NCBI GenBank assembly: GCA_002269645.1
Contig: NIVC01000532.1
Span: 124,001 to 188,000, forward strand
Source: Macrostomum lignano
Lineage: Eukaryota
Direction of reading: 5' to 3'
Length of the DNA stretch: 64,000 nt
Shown: in pieces, positions 1 to 12,300 of the stretch
How the letters are laid out: each line of letters begins with the position of its first letter
How positions within the stretch are numbered: position 1 is the first letter of the stretch
Program-made: the position numbers and the translations under genes
Notes under the pieces: model-generated
Told to the model about the DNA's origin: nothing
Seen by the model: only the letters and a program-made list of their open reading frames with translations
Database searches by the model: none

Positions 1-85
1 GAGAGAAGAGAAAGGAGAGGAAGATGAGGTAGAGAGGAGAAAGGAGGAGGAGGAGTGGCCCGCGGGCCGGAATCTGCTGACCCTG
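1..85 (-). mobile_element. End of a hAT-type MITE (truncated by the window edge) carrying a GA/CT microsatellite
   Basis: The reverse complement of 56-85 begins CAGGGTCAGCAGATTCCGGCCCGCG, similar to the terminus CAGGGTTCGGCAAAGTCCGGCCCGCG of the element at 5542. Both have a CT-rich interior. Confidence 0.55.
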
Positions 86-243
86 CCTTGGGATGTTCAT
101 CCGATCGGCCCCCGATGGTATCCTTATTCAAGCCTTTCTGAACAAAATGTTCACTGCATTCAAGGAAGATAAATGCCTATATTTCTACTAACAGTAGCCT
201 AAATATACCTTTAACTTTTCATTGTCACATTCTTTTTTAAAAG

Positions 244-381
244 GAGTCGCGCCAAGCCGATGAACTGACAGATTTGAAGCTCGAGAGCCTGGAAGATCGG
301 CTCACAACGGCGAGGTCGGCGCTGCGATCTGGTCGATCTGCCTCGACGTCGGCTAGGACGCCTTTCATGACTGATAGAGAG
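244..381 (+). CDS. Internal coding exon (ESRQADELTDLKLESLEDRL...FMTDRE), possibly an upstream exon of the TTC6-like gene or of a separate gene
   Basis: ttttttaaaag acceptor, GAG|gtgagt donor, 46 open codons, phase 0/0. Compatible in phase with the exon at 3328. Confidence 0.6.
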
Positions 382-1622
382 GTGAGTGCATTTTTTTCTT
401 AATGGACTTGCGAAAATTGTTTTACCAACGGTTAGCGAGACAGGATTCTTGAGTTTTTAATCAGCACAGCATGCTATAATTGCATGTACATGTAAGGTCA
501 CTATAAGTGCAGCAATCGGTTTGGACTTTTCCGTTGATAGCTGATAGCTGAAAACCAGAGCTCAGTCCCGCCCCCCCTCCGTCGTTGATAGCAAACCCTG
601 GACTTTGCGCTTTTTCCGTATACAAAATGTACTAATTCGTAACGCCGGAGTGTCAGGCTGATTTCCAATTGTTTGTTAGACCCGTTATCTTTCCTAGACT
701 AAGGCGGTGTTTATTATAGTTCTTATCAATGCCCGTGCCAGTGCCCCGCTTATCTAATTGAAAACAACTTCGCTTTTTTCAAGCGCAGTGTCCTTGCGAG
801 ACCCTTAATTAGAATTGTTTAGTGCTAGCTTGATTATATTGTAGAAATTACTTGGGTAGTATAGACGGACAGACCACGCGGGGGCGACATGCCCCTGCCT
901 GATCACGCTTGAACTGCGTGACGTCTAAAACTGGTTGTCTGAATTGGTAGACTTTTTCAATTTGGTTAGCAGTCGTTTAGTACGTAGTCGTAGGTTATTT
1001 TAGAATCTTAGAATGGGAAAATTTCTCTATTGAATTGGTTTAGGCGCCGTTTTACTAAACATTTGAGCCAGTCAGATGAGTCAAATGTAATGTATTTTTA
1101 TCGCTAGAAATTTTAGTTTACACAGATATGCACAAGAGGATTAATTTTTACAGTGGAAGACTGAGCGTAAGTTTTTTGTAAATTTTACAAGGCTAGGTAG
1201 GACATTGAAAAATTGACTACAAGAAAGTCATGAAGAATCAGGAGTAGAAGTATACGCAAAATTTTGAATTTAACAAAGGAAAACATACTTCTAACTTGGA
1301 AGTTCAGCTTAAGCAGACCAATGCTCCCTAACCAAGACTGATGCAAGCATTGAATTGTTTATACACGAATATTCCGCGATTTTATCATTACGCAAAACTA
1401 ATTAATCACAGAGGAAGTCAGAATGATTTTCTAAAAATCAATTGGCTTGATTCGCAGTTTGTTTTAAATTGTTATTCAGTCTTCTAATTTCTAGGAAACA
1501 CGCGGAGAATCAAAGATAGAAGAGTAATACCCGATCCAGATTAGGTGAAGCAAGAGGAAGAAATCAAATCGCTAAATGCAACGCTACAATGAAGAGAAGT
1601 TAAATTTTAAAGTCCGTCTGTT

Positions 1623-2349
1623 TTAAGAGTCGCTAGCTGAACTCATCGAGTAGCTCCGGCAGCCGGCGCGCGACGACGACGCGGCGGACGAAATCGAAGA
1701 GGCCCGACTGCGAGACGAGGCTCGACTAGACGGCGAAGCCGGCGACGAGGAGACCAACCGGCCGATGATTGGCAGGCCGGACAGCAGCATGAGCGGCAGG
1801 CCCAGCAGCAGCAGGCCAGCCAGGGTTTTCATGCTGGGGTTGCTGTTGCTGCTGCTTGCCTTGGATTTGGTGGCCCGTCGAGCATTCGGAGACGCTGACT
1901 GCTGCTGCTGCTAAAAAGTAGTGGAAATGAAAAAAAATCCGGATTTTAGTTATAGTTTAGTTTAGTTATAGTTAACTGCTAAATATAGTTTGAAGGCAAA
2001 TTAAAATTTCAATCAATTAATTAGGACTTACCATAGAACCAAAGCAGACTCGCAGTATGAGCAACGGCAGGTATCTGACGAACTGGTACAGGCAGCAGAC
2101 AGAGTAAACGGCTACAATCAAGTTGCTGTGCTGGCCGTCGCCAGATGATCGCTTCTTTCTTGTTGAAGACGAACTGCCACAATCAGAATTAGAGTCTGCC
2201 TGCCTCTCTGTCCTATTGCTGTTGGTGGTCTTTGCCTGCTTGCTGGCGGTTGACTCGCCTCGGTGGATGACAGTGAACGAAGGCGGCGGCGGTAGAAAAT
2301 CCGCCTCTGTTGAAGGTATCGAATTTACTAGCGTCAGCGTGGCGGCCAT
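1623..2349 (-). CDS. Two-exon gene of unknown function (~201 aa) with two hydrophobic segments and a Ser/Arg-rich tail
   Basis: Exons 2349-2032 and 1910-1623. ATG|gtaagt donor, pyrimidine-rich tttttag|CAG acceptor, in-frame join. A further strong acceptor at 2390 lies upstream of gtaATGG. Confidence 0.55.
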
Positions 2350-3327
2350 TACTGTATACTGCTGTACGAGACAGAGTGGCACAACAGATCTGCAGCGTTT
2401 GCGAGAAAATCAAAATGAATATAGAAATAGGTTTTAGCCTTGGCCGTATTTATATCCAGACAATAAGCTCCCCCCTCTCTTTCATTCCCCCTGTATATAA
2501 CGTTATGTCATGCACAGCCCTCGTGTGCCATTTGCGACCTACGTGTTTGGAAATGCGGGGTTGGGTTGGACGAGCGGCGACCGAGTGAGATAGAGATAAA
2601 GAAAGAGAAGTAAAGGCCGCAGCAATGTACAGTGGGAGAGTCAGGGATTTCCCGCGTGACGGGGAAACCCCTCTCCTTCCTGCCATATCACTTCTTATTC
2701 ATTCCACCTCCTCGTGGGCTTTGCTAACAGCCAATGAGAGAGCGGCAGACCTTGAGTGAGGAGAGGGGGTACTGGCTGTTTTGACTGACTCCCCTGGCCG
2801 TCATGTTTAGCCACGATGGTACTTGAATGTACTTTTTAAATTGCTGATAGCGCTTTTCCCAGCTTAGCTTTCTCAATTATCTTACTTTCCAACTTTGCCA
2901 GTTAATTGTAGTTTAAAGCAATTTGAATAGGGTCAATGAAATGATTGGCAGGTTAAGTTAGATAATAATATAATTATCGGGGTTGCCCCCGGTACTTGTT
3001 TTGTCAAAATATTATTTTTTGTTATGCATTCAGAATCATTTTCTGTTTAAAATAACATGTTCAAAGTGAGCAAATCAATTTTTTAACTCGAAAATTAAGT
3101 GGTTTGTGTCCATTTAAAAAAATCATAATGACAAAATGGTATTTTTTGAACATAAATGACAGAACTGTTTTTAAAAGTACAAAATAGTATTGTATCGTTA
3201 CGTAGTATATTAATGCAATGATAGGGGTGTACTGATCTACTACTCCTTCCTACAAGTAAATCACTGGTGGAACTAGTAGTATGATAAAAATAGCAAGATT
3301 GCACACTCTCCCTTGAAAAAAAATAAG

Positions 3328-6300
3328 GTCCTCGAGTTGAGCCGCCTGCCCGCCGAGGTCTCTATCACGGATGTCGTCAGCGTCCAGGGTCGTCATGCGA
3401 CTATGTCACAGAAGAAACCGACGCAGCCGGGGCGCCCCGAGGAGGCGGCTGACAACACGGGCCCGGCAGTGTACATCGAACCGATGATGCCAACTTCAAA
3501 GCCGGACATTCACTCGCTCTGTCTGAAGGACGACACCGATTGGCGTCGCACTGAGCCGGCTGAGCGTCGGGACCGGAAGGAGCGCCATCTGCTGACGCGT
3601 CTACCAGCGGCGCCGTTACAGGCGGAGCCGACGATGCCGACAAAGTCGCTATCAGACGCCGAGACAGCCGGCGTAGATCGGATCATGAAAGAAATTGAAA
3701 GCTACGAAGCCTGGCAGAAGCGCGCCATGGAGGCGCTCCGACAGCTGCAGGCTGACGAGGCCGAGGAGGCCGCCGCCGCCGCTGCCGGCGTCGACTTAAA
3801 CAGCCGTCGGACTCCCCAGCTGGAGCTGGTCGGCAGTCGAGTCCAATTTCTCGGCCAGACGGCTCGCCGAGTCGACATGCTGGAGCCGCCGCCGCCGCGA
3901 GCTCAGGCCGGGCCGGAGCAGGTCCGAGCCGCTCTGTTTAAACAGTACGAGAGCGCGCTACCCTCGGACGAATTCGGAGCAGTCGGCCGCGGATTCAGTC
4001 CGGTCAGCGCTAATGCCGAACGGCGTCAACGCAACGGCACCGACTTTACTGGCACCGGCGCGGCGGCGGGGGCTGCCACGGTTGGCTCCGCGAATGGCGA
4101 CGTTGTTGAAGGAATCGCTATGACCGACGTTGTCGAAGTGGAAGAGGGAGCGCTGACCCGGATGAGGTGAAGAATCAGTTTTGATCTTCTGATGTCGCTG
4201 GCGACCCCTGAGTTTCAGTCTGGCGCCAAGGAGAGCGCCCCGCCCACCAAGGAAAGTGCCTCCCCCCAATGAGAGCGCCCCACCCCCAAGTAGAGTGCCT
4301 CCCCAAGGAGAGCGCCCCGCCCCCCAAGTAGAGTGCCTCCCCCAAGGAGAGCGCCCCGCCCCCAAGGAGAGCGCCCCGCCCCCAAGGAGAGCGCCCCGCC
4401 CACCAAGTAGAGTGCCTCCCCCCAATGAGAGCGCCCCGCCCCCAAGTAGAGTGCCTCCCCAAGGAGAGCGCCCCCCCCCCCCCAAGTAGAGTGCCTCCCC
4501 AAGGAGAGCGCCCCGCCCCCCAAGTAGAGTGCCACCCCCAAGGAGAGCGCCCCGCCCCCAAGTAGAGCGCCCCCCCCCCAGGAGAGCGCCCCGCCCCCAA
4601 GTAGAGCGCCCCCCCCCAGGAGAGCGCCCCGCCCCTCCAAGGAGAGCGCCTCCCCCCAAGGAGAGCGCCCCGCCCCCAAGGAGAGCGCCCCGCCCCCCAA
4701 GTAGAGCGCCCCCCCAAGGAGAGCACCCCCCCCCAAGGAGAGCACCCCCCCCCCCAAGGAGAGCGCCCCGCCCACCAAGGAGAGTGCCTCTCTCAAGGAG
4801 AGCGCCCCCCCCAAGGAGAGCGCCCCGCCTACCAAGGAGAGTGCCTCCCCCCCAATAAGAGCGCCCCGCCCCCAAGTAGAGTGCCTCCCCCAAGGAGAGC
4901 GCCCCCCACCCAAGGAGAGCGCCCCCCACCCAAGGAGAGCGCCCCCCCCCAAGGAGAGTGCCCTCCAAGGAAAGCGCGTCCCGAGAGCGCCCCCGCCCTA
5001 AAGAGAGCCCCCCCCCCCAACGTGAGCGCTTCCCTTAAGAAGAGCTCCCCTTTCTAATAATGAGTTTAACAAAGCCTTTCTAACGGAAGAAGGTTATATC
5101 TAAATGTCGTGCAAATCAAGAATCCAAAATTTACTACGAGTACACTACCGAACTTCAGGCTGCAAAATCGTCTAAGTCGAAGCATTGAAAGGCTCAATGC
5201 CGAGTACAGAAATGAAGGCGGCGTTGAAAGCTTCTTCGGTGAGCCATTGGTTTGTCTGAGACGGTCTTTCTACTGTAGAGTCTTAGCTGACATCCTACAT
5301 TTCTAGGACTTAGAAGACGAAACAGGCCCTTACAGCCAACCAACGATAATCCTGGACCTTCAAAATAAACTCCACTTTTCAGGCCTCAGACGGAGCAGGT
5401 CGTTACCAACAGTTCATCTGGACGAAGAAGACAATCTGGTGCTGAATCTGGACTATAATTCCATAGAGAAAGAGGTAAGCTTTGCGGACGAAACTATTCA
5501 AAACTTTGAGCCACTTTCTGTGGCCAATGAAGTCTCTAAAGCAGGGTTCGGCAAAGTCCGGCCCGCGAAGCCTTTCTACCCGGCCCTCGGGTCCTTTGAA
5601 ACTGCACAATAGCAATCCGGCCCGCTTAAGGTTTGCGTCTCTCCCAGCTCCCTTATTTTTTCTCCTCTCCTCCACTCTCAGCTCCTCTCCAATCTCCCTT
5701 CTCTCCTCTCCCCTCTCCCTTCTCTCCTCTCCCCTCACCTTCCCTCCCCTCTAACTTCTCTCCCCTCATCTCCTCTCTCCTCTTCCCTCCCCTCATCTCC
5801 TCTCTCCTCTTCTCTCCCCTCTCTCCTCTCTTCTTCCCTTTTCTCCTCTATTCTCCCTCTTCTCTCTTCCCCTCTCTGGTCCGCAGTCATGCGCTAGATT
5901 TTATATCTGGCCCTTAAAAAAGTTTGCGGTCAACCCTGCTCTAAAAAGTCTAATTCGAGTTCATCAGTAGCAACATCTCGATCCTCAATCCTAACTTGAA
6001 TTTTGTTTCAGCTTCAGGCCCAGACGCGTCTGATGGAAGAAGAAGAGAATCGAGTCAAACTAAATGAGGCGAGCCAATCTGCTGAAGAGCAGCAGCAGCA
6101 GTCCGAGCAGGGAGAAGGTGTACAAGAAGGCGAGCGAGCCGGTTCCACGGCCGGCGGCGAAGAAACGAGTGCCAAAACTGATGCCCCACGCTCCAAAGTG
6201 CTTCAACAACTGGCGATTAAAGGTACGTTAACTCGTGAAAAATAAAGGGGTTTTAGTAGAAATGATATTCACGACAAGGTGGCCGGGAAGTTGTCGTGAA

Positions 6301-9300
6301 TTCGCAGCCATGAGGGCCAACCCCCAAGGCGCAGACAGTGTACGTGCCTGACGATTGATCAAGAAAGTCAAAGGGCCGCTGTTCATCCCGTGAGAGCCTG
6401 TGTATGAGTGTGTGCCTGCGCAAGCCTCCTACAGTTATCATAAATATCATTATTATTAATATCCTACCGAGAATTTTACCTGCAGCATCAGAATGGAGCT
6501 TAGAAACAAACCGACTGACTAAAAGCAGCAAAACGCCATTTGAAACTTTGCAATAGCAATCCTCAAGTAATCCACAATCGTTTAAGGTTCTCTACGGTCT
6601 TCTAAGCTCTTTTCTCTCTTCTATTCCTTCTCCTTTTCTTTGAGTTAATTTTATGAGCTAAACAAATCAATCTGATTGAAATTGCCAATTTCAGAGCCCG
6701 AACCGACGCCAGCTCAGTTGGCTTTGGCGGCGGGCAGAAAATACGTGATTTTGCCCAGACAGTAAGTGTGTGAAATCCGTACATTGTTTGCTGCTATTTT
6801 ACACTTGTGACACCAATCTATAATCGCTTGTAATTGCTTGTCTGGCCCATAGTGACTCAGTTGTGCAACCTTTTCAGTAATTTAGGGCGGCAGATATACC
6901 GGTAATTTACCCCCGGCGCCGGTCCAACGGTCAAAGGTGGCTCTCGCCTAAAGCAGAGATACCTTTATCTTGTTGTGGCCACTCTCACGCGTGCCTCACT
7001 CATAGGGGCTGCTTTGTTTGAATCCAGTTTGTCCTGTCCTCTTTGCCTGCTTTTATCTGCCTGCCTTCTATAGTGGCGCAATACGTATTAACTCGCCTCT
7101 ATTTAGAATCTATTTTCATTTCCTACTTTCCCGTGTCTCTCTTCTAGAAGAATAGCGGGCGGCAGTATTAACTTTGCAACCTTTGCTCAGCCCGTGAAAT
7201 CGAAGCATACGGGGGTGTGGTCTGAGCCACACCACTCGATCAATAATCATAGCAAATGACCTACACTTGTCATTGAGGTCATGACAAGTTCGCGGACTTT
7301 TGGGCAGTAAACAAGTTTTTCGGAATGTGTTACGGGGTTTTACCCGTACAACAATCCGACGTCGCACCGACCTCTGAACCGACGTCGTACGACGTCTATG
7401 TAACATTACGTGTTTCCTATTGGTCGGACGTCGGGCCGACGTCGAAGTCGTAGTCCAAAAATTTATTTCGCGCTGCTTTAACATTTATTTTCGCGGGATG
7501 AACTGGCAAGCAATAATGTTATGCTTAATTTAATTATTTAAGGCGAATAACGTGAATTAAGGCGAATTTAATTTTTCGACTACGACTTCGACGTCGGCCC
7601 GACGTCCGACCAATAGGAAACACGTAATGTTACATAGACGTCGTACGACGTCGGTCAGATACGTCGGATTGTTGTACGGGTTAGTTGAATGCTTGCTAGG
7701 AACAGCGTTCTAAGAAAATGAACCTACCCGTTAATACGTGTAAAATTTTTTTTTAAAAAGTAAAATTGAGTTTCTCTGCAATCACCCTATAGTAAGAATT
7801 GTCAATAAGCCAATTTTTTCAGCAGTTATTCTATAATTCTAATTCGATGCCTACTATAAGTAGTTTGAAAACTTCTTGTCTTCCAACAACTATAAGCCTT
7901 GCTATCAAGTCACGCGAGGTGACTGGTGAGTGTCCTGACCCTATAGATCCGGATTTGAATGACTTGTCGCTAGCAAACTTTGAACTTTGAACTTTTCCTA
8001 CACAGTTTTTCAGCATTAATCATATAAAATATTGCCGTCTGATAGAATATAATTCACTGTTTCAAAGCGTGAAATCTTTTGGAAAAGTACCCGAAACTCC
8101 TCTATTAATTAAAAAGGCGATGTAGAGACAGTGCAAATTAAATTGTCAAGAAATTCTAAAAAGGCAATGCCAAAACTATGAGAGCATACATGTATTTTAA
8201 GACTTGCGTCTTAGAGAACAGCTAAAGCCTTCGTGCCTCTGATTCTAAAGTACAGTTTAGAGTGAGCATGCGGTGCCACGTGTGTTCATGAACGGAGCTC
8301 ACTGTGTTATATTAGTGAAGGGAGATCATTGGCCCTTCCAGTCATCATGAATTAGGGTCATTGCCCTTCCAGTCATCATGAATTGGGTCATTGCCCTTCC
8401 AGTCATCATGAATTAGGGTCATTGCCCTTCCAGTCATCATGAATTAGGGTCATTGCCCTTCCAGTCATCATGAATTAGGGTCATTGCCCTTCCAGTCATC
8501 ATGAATTAGGGTCATTGCCCTTCCAGTCATCATGAATTAGTGTCATTGCCCTTCCAGTCATCATGAATTAGAGTCATTGCCCTTCCAGTCATCATGAATT
8601 AGGGTCATTGCCCTCTCAGTCATGTAAAGAGGTCATTGCCCCCTCCGCCATAAAGGGAGGTCATTGACCTATCAGTCATGTAGGGGGGCCTTTGCCCTCT
8701 CAGTCATGTAGGGGGAGCATTGCCCTCTCAGTCATGTAGGGGGGTCATTGCCGTCTCAGTCATGTAGGGGGGCCATTGCCCTCTCAGTCATGTAGGGGGA
8801 GCATTGCCGTCTCAGTCATGTAGGGGGGCCATTGCCCTCTCAGTCATGTAGGGGGAGCATTGCCGTCTCAGTCATTGTGGCAGCCAGCCGCTTTAGTTTC
8901 TTATTCATGCATAAATTATTGTCTATGGACAAACTCAAATATACTTGTAAAGGGTGTGTGGCTGCGCCCACAGTCTCGCCAAGCGCGAATACTCCTAATA
9001 CATTCAAACACACAACATGGTGTCAGAGGTAAAAGACTCCAATTAGATAATTGCTTTGTGCGTCGTTTTTGGTGGCAACTACAGCGGCATGTCCGACGCA
9101 GCTGGACTGCGACCTCCAGGGCCCATGGTATTCGATGAGGCCAAGTCAGAACGCTGGAGAAAATGGATCGGCGCATTCAATTTATACATGACCGCCACAA
9201 AGCGCGACAAGGAGGCTGACAGCATGAAGAATGCGATTCTGCTGACCGCCATCGGTGAAGAAGGCAGGGACATATTCGAGACATTCGAACTCTCTACTGA

Positions 9301-12300
9301 CTCTGCTCACAAAGACATCATCGACAAATTCGAGAAATTCTGCATTCCTCTGGACAGCGAAACATTTGATCGCTACAAGTTTAGAATGCGTAAGCAGGAG
9401 CAGTATGAAGATTTTGATCACTTCATAAATGAGCTACGATTGTTAATAAAGCGATGCAGTTTTTCAAAGCCTAAAAATGGGCAATGCATTGACGATGCCA
9501 TGCTTCGAGATCAGATAGTATATGGGGTTCATAATTCAGCACTCCGTGAACGGCTCCTTGAGGAAGAGAAGCTGACACTGGAAAAGGCTATTGTTCTGTG
9601 CCGTGCCACCGAAGCTTCAAAGATGCAAGCCAGGCAGATGACAGGTATAAAGAGTGAAAACAGAAACTCTGTCAGTCGAATTGTAAAAGACCCTGATCAC
9701 AAGTTGCAGCAATCAACCAGAGCCAAGTCCAAGTCTATCACACGAAAGGCTCCTACAGGACAACAGGCATGCAGATACTGCGGCAAGAACCACAAATTTG
9801 GTCACACCAACTGCAGTGCCTATGGCAAGACCTGCTTGAACTGTGGACAAAAGAACCATTTTAAGGCCATGTGCCGGAAAGAGAAAACAAAACAATCAAA
9901 ACAAATTCGTACAGTTGAAGATGAGCTTACTGACGTGACTGAAACATCGAATTCTTACCAAGCTGCTGCATGGGATGTAAGTAAATATTCTATGAATTAT
10001 TATAATGGAAATGAAGTGAAAGCCGTTTCAAGAACAGTTGTGTCGCTAGACACTGAGTTTGGACACATTGTCAACTACAAAATTGATACCGGCGCTGATG
10101 TGAATATTATGTCCGAGAAACGTTTAAGAACAATCACAGACAACCCATTAGAAAAAGATCACACCAGACTATCAGTGTATAACAATCAGACGCTTAATAA
10201 GAAGGGCAAGATTAAATTGCGACTCTCGCACAAAGACGCCGTGCATACAGTAGAATTCACCATCATTGAGGAAGACAATACACCTCTATTAGCGACCGAC
10301 ACAGCTGAGAAATTAGGCCTGATTCAAATCCTCAACGTAACAAAGACTACAGATAAAGAAGTGCTGACGGAATCAAAGATCTTTAAGGAATACAGCGATG
10401 TGTTCGAAGGAATTGGATGTCTGCCTGGAGCGCATCACATTTCATTGAGAGAAGGTGCAATACCGAAAGTCCAAGGCCCAAGGAAAGTCCCATTTGCGGC
10501 TATGAAGGCCCTGCGTGAAGAGCTTGACCGTTTGCAGAGCCAAGGAATAATAACGAAATGCGACCAGCCGGCAGATTGGGTGTCCAATGTTGTTATTGTC
10601 TGGAAGAAGGATAACTCGATTAGACTGTGCTTAGATCCAAAGAATTTAAATGATGATATTGTCAGAAATCGATAGCCCATTCCAACTTATGACGAGATGA
10701 TTAGCGAGATGACAGGAGCAAAATACTTCTCAACATTTGATGCTAAGTCTGGCTTCCATCAAGTTCAGTTGGATCAAGAAAGTTCACTTCTTACTGCATT
10801 TCACACTCCGTTTGGTGTTTACAAATGGAATCGACTAGCTTTTGGTCTAAAGGATGCACCTAAAGCTTACCAAAGGCGCATCAAAGAAGAAGTGACAAGT
10901 CAAGTAGAAAAATGTGCTAACTACATCGATGACATCATAGTATGGGGAAAGACTCGGGAAGAGCACGACCAAGCAGTTCGAAATCTTTTGGAGCAATGCA
11001 GGAAAAAGAACCTGACTCTGAACAGGCAAAAGACGAGCATTGGCAAAATCGAGCTTCGATTTCTTGGACACATACTAACTGACAAAGGTGTGAAAGTAGA
11101 TCCACAAAAAGTAAACAGCATAAAAAAAATGCCGCACCCAAACAGTTTTGAACAGCGTGCTGAAAAGCAAGCGCAGCTCCAACGGTTTATTGGTAGTGCA
11201 AATTACTTGTCAAGATTCATAGCAAACTTTTCTGCACTGACAAGTCCTTTGAGGGAACTCATGAAGAAAGAATCCGAATGGGTGTGGACCAACGACCAAG
11301 AAAAGGCGTATCAAGGAATCAAGCAGTGCCTCTGCGAAGCACCTGTGCTTGCGCCATTTGACCCGAATAAAGACCTAATTTTATCTGTCGACGCCAGCAA
11401 AGATGGCTTGGGAGCAGCACTACTGCAGGAAGGACATGTCATTGAGTATGCATCATCAGCTCTAACATCCGCTCAAAAGAAATATGCCCAGATAGAGAAG
11501 GAAATGCTTGCGATAGTATTTGGCTGTCGAAGGTTCAGACAGTATCTCTGGGGACGTAGAGTCTCCGTCGAGTCTGACCACAAACCGCTGCAGTATATTA
11601 TGAAGAAGCCAATGGATGAACTATCGGCTAGAATTCAACGTCTGATACTCAAGATCCAAGAATTCGACTTAGACGTGCAATACAAACCGGGAAGATATCT
11701 TTATTTGGCTGATACATTAAGCCGTGCTTTCTTGCAATCCGTGCATTCGGCGAATGACATAGACTCTGAGCTTGAGAATCAAATCTTGGGTATCCAAAAG
11801 GTTTGTCTACCGGAAGACCTACTTAAGAAGATCCAGGAACACACATATGCAGATTCAACTTGCCATGCGATCAAGAATCTCAGAAACCAATTGCCAGAAC
11901 AACTAAAGCCTTTCTGGAATGTTCGTCACGATTTAGCCGAGCACGACAGATTAATTATGAAAACCAGCAAGATATTTATACCACTGACCATGCGCCACGA
12001 ATTCTTGAACATCATTCATGAAGGACATCAAGGCATTGAAAAAACACTGCTAAAAGCAAGAGGATCGGTATACTGGCCTCAGATGCGTCGGGACATCCAG
12101 AACTACATAGCAGCATGCGATGCCTGCCAAAGCAGCCAATCCCGACCACAGAAAGAAACAATCATTCAAAGTCCGCATCCTGATTATCCATTTCAAGAGT
12201 GCGCGACTGACCTGTTCGATTTTAAAGGTCGAAAATTCATAGTTTTAGTGGACAGATACCGCCGATGGATCTGTGCAGATCCATTAAGATCAAATACAGC

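Noticed and set aside
2981-2996. X-box-like GTTGCCCCCGGTAC upstream of the first large TTC6-like exon
   Set aside because: The second half-site is incomplete, so it cannot be told from chance.
3958-5020. Long Gly/Leu/Pro-rich ORFs
   Set aside because: Translations of a C-rich minisatellite inside an intron.
6345-6370. Hammerhead-like core CTGACGA-ttgatcaa-GAAA
   Set aside because: No compatible stems I/III or NUH site, and copy 2 has only 2 nt for stem II.
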